In this document: in pieces, positions 58,970-64,000 of the stretch | How the letters are laid out: every line of letters starts with the position of its first letter | Numbering within the stretch: position 1 is the first letter of the stretch | Assembly: GCA_965204005.1 (NCBI GenBank) | Contig: OZ241970.1 | Span: 4,805,109 to 4,869,108, forward strand | DNA length: 64,000 bases | Direction: 5' to 3' | DNA from: Candidatus Versatilivorator sp. | Lineage (GTDB): Bacteria; Acidobacteriota; Terriglobia; Versatilivoradales; Versatilivoraceae | Notes under the pieces: generated by a model | Database searches by the model: none | Told to the model about the DNA's origin: nothing | Seen by the model: only the letters and a program-made list of their open reading frames with translations | Translations under genes and position numbers: made by a program

Positions 58970-60723
58970 ATGAGATTCGCCGAAGAAATGCTCCTGCTGT
59001 TGCTCGACGAAAAGACGGGCTATTTCATCCCGATCCCGGAGTGGAAAATGTCCTGCGCGCTGGCGGGGAGCGTCCTGATCGACCTTGCGCTGGAAGACCG
59101 CATCGACTCGGACCTGGAATTCCTTTCCTTGATCGATCCCAGACCTGCCGGCGATGACCTCCTGGACCCCGTGCTGCGGGAAATCGTGGAAGATGCGCAG
59201 GTGCATTCTCCGCAATACTGGGTTGAACGAGCGGCCCGGCGCTCGGATGAGATCAGCACCAAGGCCATCGATCGCCTCGAGATCCTGACCGGAATCGATT
59301 TGATTGGTCGGACCATCGGAGACGCGGTGCGCAGTTCCTACCGCCCCCCGGGGAGCATACGCTCGGTGCAGCGCCGGCCCATCCCGACCGTGGGGCTGTT
59401 GGGCATGTTGTCGTCTCGAACGTTGCGTTCGGGGAACCTGCCCAAGTTCATGTGTGAAAAGAGCAAGGAATTGGGGCCGATCTTTCAGATCAACGCCGGT
59501 GGCCGCCGCCTGGTGGTTCTGGCCGGTGCCCACCTGAACCGGTGGGTCGGCCGCAAGGGTCGACTCCATTTGAGGACGCGGGATTATCTCGAGGCTTTTC
59601 AGCAGGAGTGGGGAACGGCCCGGTCCATCGCCAGTCTGGACGGGGCCGATCATTTTCGCATGCGCAAGGCGGTTCACGCGGGCAACTCCCGTGATGTCAT
59701 CATGGACCGGATGGATGAGCTGTTGGCCATGGCCCGAGGCGCTTTCGCCCAATGGGGCATCGGGAAGGTCATCCCCGGCGAGTGGAGTTGCCAGCGAATG
59801 ATCGGCGACCAGGTCGCGCAGCTCAGCGTGAGCATCGTGCCCTCCGACATTCTGGACGACCTCCTCAAGTTCGAATACCGGGCATTGCTGGTCCATGTGC
59901 ATGGTCTCCTGCCCCGATTCCTGCTGCGTACGCCGGCGATGAAGCGGTACGAAGCGCGCGTTCTGGAGCTCTATGCCCAGATTCACGCATCGCACACGCC
60001 GGCGCAGCGGAAGGGCAAACGGCGGGATCTTGTCGACGACCTGATGAGCTGCATCAGTCCGATCCTCAGTTCCTGCCGGAAACCGATCTGGGTTTCGCGT
60101 TTATCGCACCGATTATCGCGGGTCACTACACGGGAAGCGCGACGGCTTTCGCGATCTACGAAATGCTGGCGAACCCTCATCTGCGGGATCGGATCGTGGC
60201 CGAAGCCGACGCGCTCTTTGCGGACGGCGATCCGGTTGCCGCCAACCTTGACCGGTCGGCGATCGATGTGACCCACCGGTTCATCATGGAGGTGTTGCGG
60301 CTGCATCCGGTGGTGCCGGTGCACATGCGTACCGCCATGAGTGCCTTCGAAATCGAGGGCATGGAGATACCGGCCTACAGCAAGATTATGATCGCCTTTA
60401 CCGCACGTCATTACGACGAGCGGTACTTCAAGGACCCCGACACCTGCGATATCGAACGGTACGCGGCCCCCCGAAACGAACACAGGCAGAGCGGGGCTTG
60501 CGCACCCTTCGGCGTCGGGACCCACGTATGTGGGGGTGCCCTCTGGGCCAAGTTGCAATGGACTCTCAACCTGCTCTTGATCGCCCGTCACCTGGAGTTG
60601 GAGCTGGTCCCGGCGAACTACAAGCTGAAGATCAGTCCATTCCCCAAGCTCAGTCCCGGAAAGAGCTTCAAATTTCGGGTGGTGCGACATCGGCACCCCC
60701 TCAAAGCTGCCGCGAGAGCCTAG
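58970..60723 (+). pseudogene. GPP34/GOLPH3-like domain fused to a cytochrome P450, with a single-nucleotide frameshift near 60045-60052
   Basis: The N-terminus MRFAEEMLLLLLDEKTGYF...CALAGSVLIDLALEDRI has the GPP34 family pattern. The P450 part carries the I-helix-like AGHYTGS, the EVLRLHP (ExxR region) and the haem loop FGVGTHVCGG, all in the second frame (ORF 59752-60723). Confidence 0.7.
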
Positions 60724-60838
60724 AGGGAAGCTGGCCGGCCACTGTCATGGAAAGAACCAACGTCCGAGTTCAGCCTGATCCCCATTGCCCCGGTCCCTCC
60801 GGCGCTCTGTCCTCCCGAGCGTGCAACAGGTGCAGCCG

Positions 60839-63800
60839 ATGAATGGTACCGATCCTCACCAGGGGGAGCCGGGCGGTCCCATTGCCTATATGGCGAGCAA
60901 CCCCGTTGCCGCCAATCTCTTGATGTTCAGCATCCTGGCGGCCGGCCTGGTGGCTCTGGGGGCCCTGGAGCGGGAAGCCTGGCCGACGGTTCCCTTCAAT
61001 ACCATCGAAGTGTCAGTGGCCTATCCCGGCGCCTCACCCGACGAAGTGGAGGAATCGATCGTTGTCAAGATCGAGGAGCGGGTGGAGGCGCTGCAGGATG
61101 TCAAGGCGGTCAAGTCCCTGGCGGCCCCGGGGCTGGCATCGGTGCGGGTCGAATTGAAGATGGGCGCCGACATCAGCGAGGCCATGGACGAAGTCAAGGC
61201 CGCGGTCGGGCTCATCCAGTCGTTTCCCGGCGCAGCCGAACGCCCCCGGTTCAGGGAGATGGACAACCGCACCAGCATGATCCGCCTGATCGTGTTCGGC
61301 GACATCCCCCCGCGCGCGCTGAAGGAGTTGGCCTACCAGATCGAAGACGACCTGGCGTCGTTGCCCAACGTGTCCCACGTCGAGACCACCGGGACGAAAA
61401 ACTACGAGATCTCGATCGACGTGCCGCTCCTCCGTCTGCGCGCCCTGGGGTTGACGCTGGACGATGTCGCGGCTGCCGTCCGCCGAAGTTCCCTCGACCT
61501 TTCGGCCGGCAGCATCGATACCCGGGAGGCTGAAGTACGCGTGCGGACCATCGGCCAGAGCTACGATCAGCTCGACTTCGAGGAGATCGTCGTCATCGCC
61601 CGCAAAGACGGCACGGTCGTGCGCCTCGGGGATATCGCCCATGTGCGCGATTCCTTCCAGGATACGGACCTGATTCTCCGGCACCAGGATCGGCCGGCGC
61701 TCTTCGTGGAGGTCTATCGGGCCGAGGGCGAGCAGGTGATGGCTATTGCCGAAGCCGTTCAGGGGCACACGGCAAACGTGATTGTTCCATCCCTGCCCCA
61801 AGGCGTCGGGATCACCATCTGGAATGACGACTCCCAGACCTACTCGGAGCGGGTTGACCTTCTCGTCAAAAACGGTCTCATGGGCCTCATCCTGGTGTTC
61901 ATCGCGCTGGCACTGTTTCTCGAGATACGGCTCGCGGTCTGGGTCGTGGCCGGCCTGGTTACCTCGGGCATCGGGGCCTTGGCCGTGATGCTGGTGCTTG
62001 ACCTTGCGATCAATACCATTTCACTGTTCGCGTTCGTTCTGGCTATCGGCATCATCGTCGACGATGCCATTGTGGTGGCCGAGTACATCCACTACGAACG
62101 CAGCCGGGGCGTGCCGGGAGTCGTCGCGGCCATCCGGGGCGCGCGGCGGATCCAGAATGCCTTGATCTTCGCGGTGCTCACTTCGGTGGCGGCCTTCACC
62201 CCGCTTCTCTTCATTCCCGGGGGCATCGGAGAAGTTTGGGCCGCCTTGCCGATAATCATCATCGGTATGCTGCTGATCTCGCTGGCCGAATCGCTCCTGG
62301 TACTGCCCAGCCACTTGTCCCACTTGCATGGAACGGACTGGGTGCCGAAAAACCTGGTGGACCGGTTCTTCGCGGGCACGCGCAACTTCGTGGATCGATG
62401 GCTGAACAGGTTCTTGCATGGCCCGCTGGAGCGGGGGCTGCGCTTCGCGACCAACTGGCCCGCCGTGGTGGTGGCGGGAGCCGTCGGTCTGCTGGTTGTC
62501 AGCCTGTCCCTGGTGCCCGCGGGAATTGTCCCGACGACGTTCGCCGACGTGGTGGAGGGCGACTTCGTCACCGCCACTCTTGAAATGCCTGACGGGACCC
62601 CCGCCGAGCGGACCTACCAGGTTGCGCTGGAGTTGGAGCGGGCGGGAAGGCGGGTCCTGGAACGCCTGGACCGGGAAAGGCCGGACGGTGCTCCCTCGCT
62701 GCTGTCGGGTGTGACCCTGACCGTCGGCCAGAGACCCCGCGTGGAGGGGGGAGGGCTTGACCCGACCCCCACCCGGAATCCGCAAGCAAACATCGCCACC
62801 ATCGACTTCAAGCTGCTGGGCGCCCAGCAGCGGAACCTGTCCACCATCGCCGTGGTGCAGGCTTGGCGGGAAGAGGTCGGGATCCTCCCCTACGTTCGGG
62901 GGATCGCCTTCAGCGGCGAGGTCATCGACCTGGGCAGTCCCGTGGAGGCAGTGATGTCACATCCGGATCCGGAGCGCCTGGTGGAGGTCGCGAATTCGGT
63001 AGTCAACGGCCTTCGCAGCGTGAGTGGGGTCTTCGATGTCCGGTCCGATCATACGCCGGGTGTCGGGGAGATTCAGCTGGAGTTGCGACGGGAGGCGCGA
63101 ACGCTTGGCCTCACGGTCGAGGAATTGGCGCAACAGGTGCGAGCGGCCTTCTTCGGTGTGGAGGTGCTGAGGCTGCAACGCGACCGGGAAGAGGTCAGGG
63201 TCTATGCGCGACTGCCCGCCGACGAGCGTGATGCGATCACCGATGTCGAGGGCTACCTGATCCGCGCCCCGTCGGGAGGGGAGGTGCCGATCGGCCAGGT
63301 GGCGTCCCTGACAATGGGTACGTCGCCGCCGTCAATCCGGCGCAAGGACGGTCAACGCGTAATCACCGTTACGGCGGATGTGGACGAGAGCGTGATCTCA
63401 AGCGGGGAGGCCAATGGAATCCTCAAGGATTCGATCCTTACCCAACTGAGCGCGACCGACCCCAAGCTGACCTTCTCCTTCGGCGGCGAACAGCAGCAGC
63501 AGTTGGAGTCGCTGGATGCTCTCTATCGTGGCTTCGTGCTCGCCATGCTCGCAATTTTCGCGCTGCTGGCCATTCCCCTGAAATCGTATCGCAAACCGTT
63601 CATCATAATGGCCATCATTCCCTTTGGCCTCATCGGCGTGGTTCTCGGTCACCTGGTGCTGGGTGTCGCCCTGAGCGCCGCATCCTTTATGGGGTTCTTC
63701 GGGCTCAGCGGGGTCGTCGTCAACGATTCGCTGGTCATGATCGACTTCATCGACCAGCGGCTGAGGGAGGGCGCCAGTCCGAAGCAAGCCATCATCGATG

Positions 63801-64000
63801 GCGCCAAGGGGCGCTTTCGCCCCATCATCCTGACCTCGGTGACCACCTTTTTGGGCTTCACGCCGCTCATACTGGAACGGGCCATTCAGGCGCAGTTCCT
63901 GGTTCCCTTCGCGGCCTCGCTCGGGGTCGGCGTCATGATTACAACTGCCATACTGATACTGCTGGTGCCTGCCCTGATGGCTGTCTATCTGCGTGCCAAC
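60839..64000 (+). CDS. RND (AcrB/HAE-type) efflux permease. The 3' end lies outside the window.
   Basis: This ORF is not in the ORF track, presumably because no stop falls within the window. The ATG is at 60839, and by-eye translation of the start and end of the frame, with spot checks between, gives SNPVAANLLMFSILAAGLVALG...FNTIEVSVAYPGASPDEVEE...DDAIVVAEYI...VVVNDSLVMIDF... to the last base. Confidence 0.85.
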   Translation, partial: MNGTDPHQGEPGGPIAYMASNPVAANLLMFSILAAGLVALGALEREAWPTVPFNTIEVSVAYPGASPDEVEESIVVKIEERVEALQDVKAVKSLAAPGLASVRVELKMGADISEAMDEVKAAVGLIQSFPGAAERPRFREMDNRTSMIRLIVFGDIPPRALKELAYQIEDDLASLPNVSHVETTGTKNYEISIDVPLLRLRALGLTLDDVAAAVRRSSLDLSAGSIDTREAEVRVRTIGQSYDQLDFEEIVVIARKDGTVVRLGDIAHVRDSFQDTDLILRHQDRPALFVEVYRAEGEQVMAIAEAVQGHTANVIVPSLPQGVGITIWNDDSQTYSERVDLLVKNGLMGLILVFIALALFLEIRLAVWVVAGLVTSGIGALAVMLVLDLAINTISLFAFVLAIGIIVDDAIVVAEYIHYERSRGVPGVVAAIRGARRIQNALIFAVLTSVAAFTPLLFIPGGIGEVWAALPIIIIGMLLISLAESLLVLPSHLSHLHGTDWVPKNLVDRFFAGTRNFVDRWLNRFLHGPLERGLRFATNWPAVVVAGAVGLLVVSLSLVPAGIVPTTFADVVEGDFVTATLEMPDGTPAERTYQVALELERAGRRVLERLDRERPDGAPSLLSGVTLTVGQRPRVEGGGLDPTPTRNPQANIATIDFKLLGAQQRNLSTIAVVQAWREEVGILPYVRGIAFSGEVIDLGSPVEAVMSHPDPERLVEVANSVVNGLRSVSGVFDVRSDHTPGVGEIQLELRREARTLGLTVEELAQQVRAAFFGVEVLRLQRDREEVRVYARLPADERDAITDVEGYLIRAPSGGEVPIGQVASLTMGTSPPSIRRKDGQRVITVTADVDESVISSGEANGILKDSILTQLSATDPKLTFSFGGEQQQQLESLDALYRGFVLAMLAIFALLAIPLKSYRKPFIIMAIIPFGLIGVVLGHLVLGVALSAASFMGFFGLSGVVVNDSLVMIDFIDQRLREGASPKQAIIDGAKGRFRPIILTSVTTFLGFTPLILERAIQAQFLVPFAASLGVGVMITTAILILLVPALMAVYLRAN

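Overview
This is a GC-rich (roughly 60-65% by eye) bacterial chromosomal segment. The gene content (many NHL, TPR and FN3 secreted proteins, dense palindromic repeats) suggests an Acidobacteriota-like organism, but that is inference only. Clearly recognisable genes are a parvulin PPIase, tRNA-Ser(UGA), a mazEF-like toxin-antitoxin pair, polA, uvrA, radC, an M23 peptidase, a cytochrome c, a GT2 glycosyltransferase, DapA-like and HpcH-like aldolases, tRNA-Ala(GGC), and a NodT/RND efflux locus.

The most interesting locus is a tightly packed plus-strand operon at 4878-18092. It encodes one 2367-aa FAS/MAS-like fully reducing type I PKS (KS-AT-DH-spacer-ER-KR-ACP, no TE), two tandem paralogous B12-binding radical SAM proteins, and a thioester-reductase/sulfotransferase fusion. 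A STAS-domain protein and a DHA2-type MFS exporter follow it. I predict a reductively released, rSAM-modified, O-sulfated long-chain lipid; I cannot match this gene combination to a characterised pathway from memory.

The window also carries four IS elements:
- ISKra4-like, with a 9-bp target-site duplication (TSD).
- IS110-family, sitting in a REP-like repeat cluster.
- ISAs1-like, nested at the IS110 3' end with a 10-bp TSD.
- IS1634-like.

Other notable content: several families of unusual intergenic repeats (nested-palindrome REP-like units, about 150-200 bp elements bounded by short-tandem-repeat runs, and a 108-bp direct repeat pair), a low-GC island next to tRNA-Ala, and four genes interrupted by single-nucleotide frameshifts, two of them at homopolymer runs. 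Everything was called by eye from the sequence and ORF translations; no searches were run. Many long ORFs in the track are antisense or alternative-frame shadows typical of high-GC DNA.
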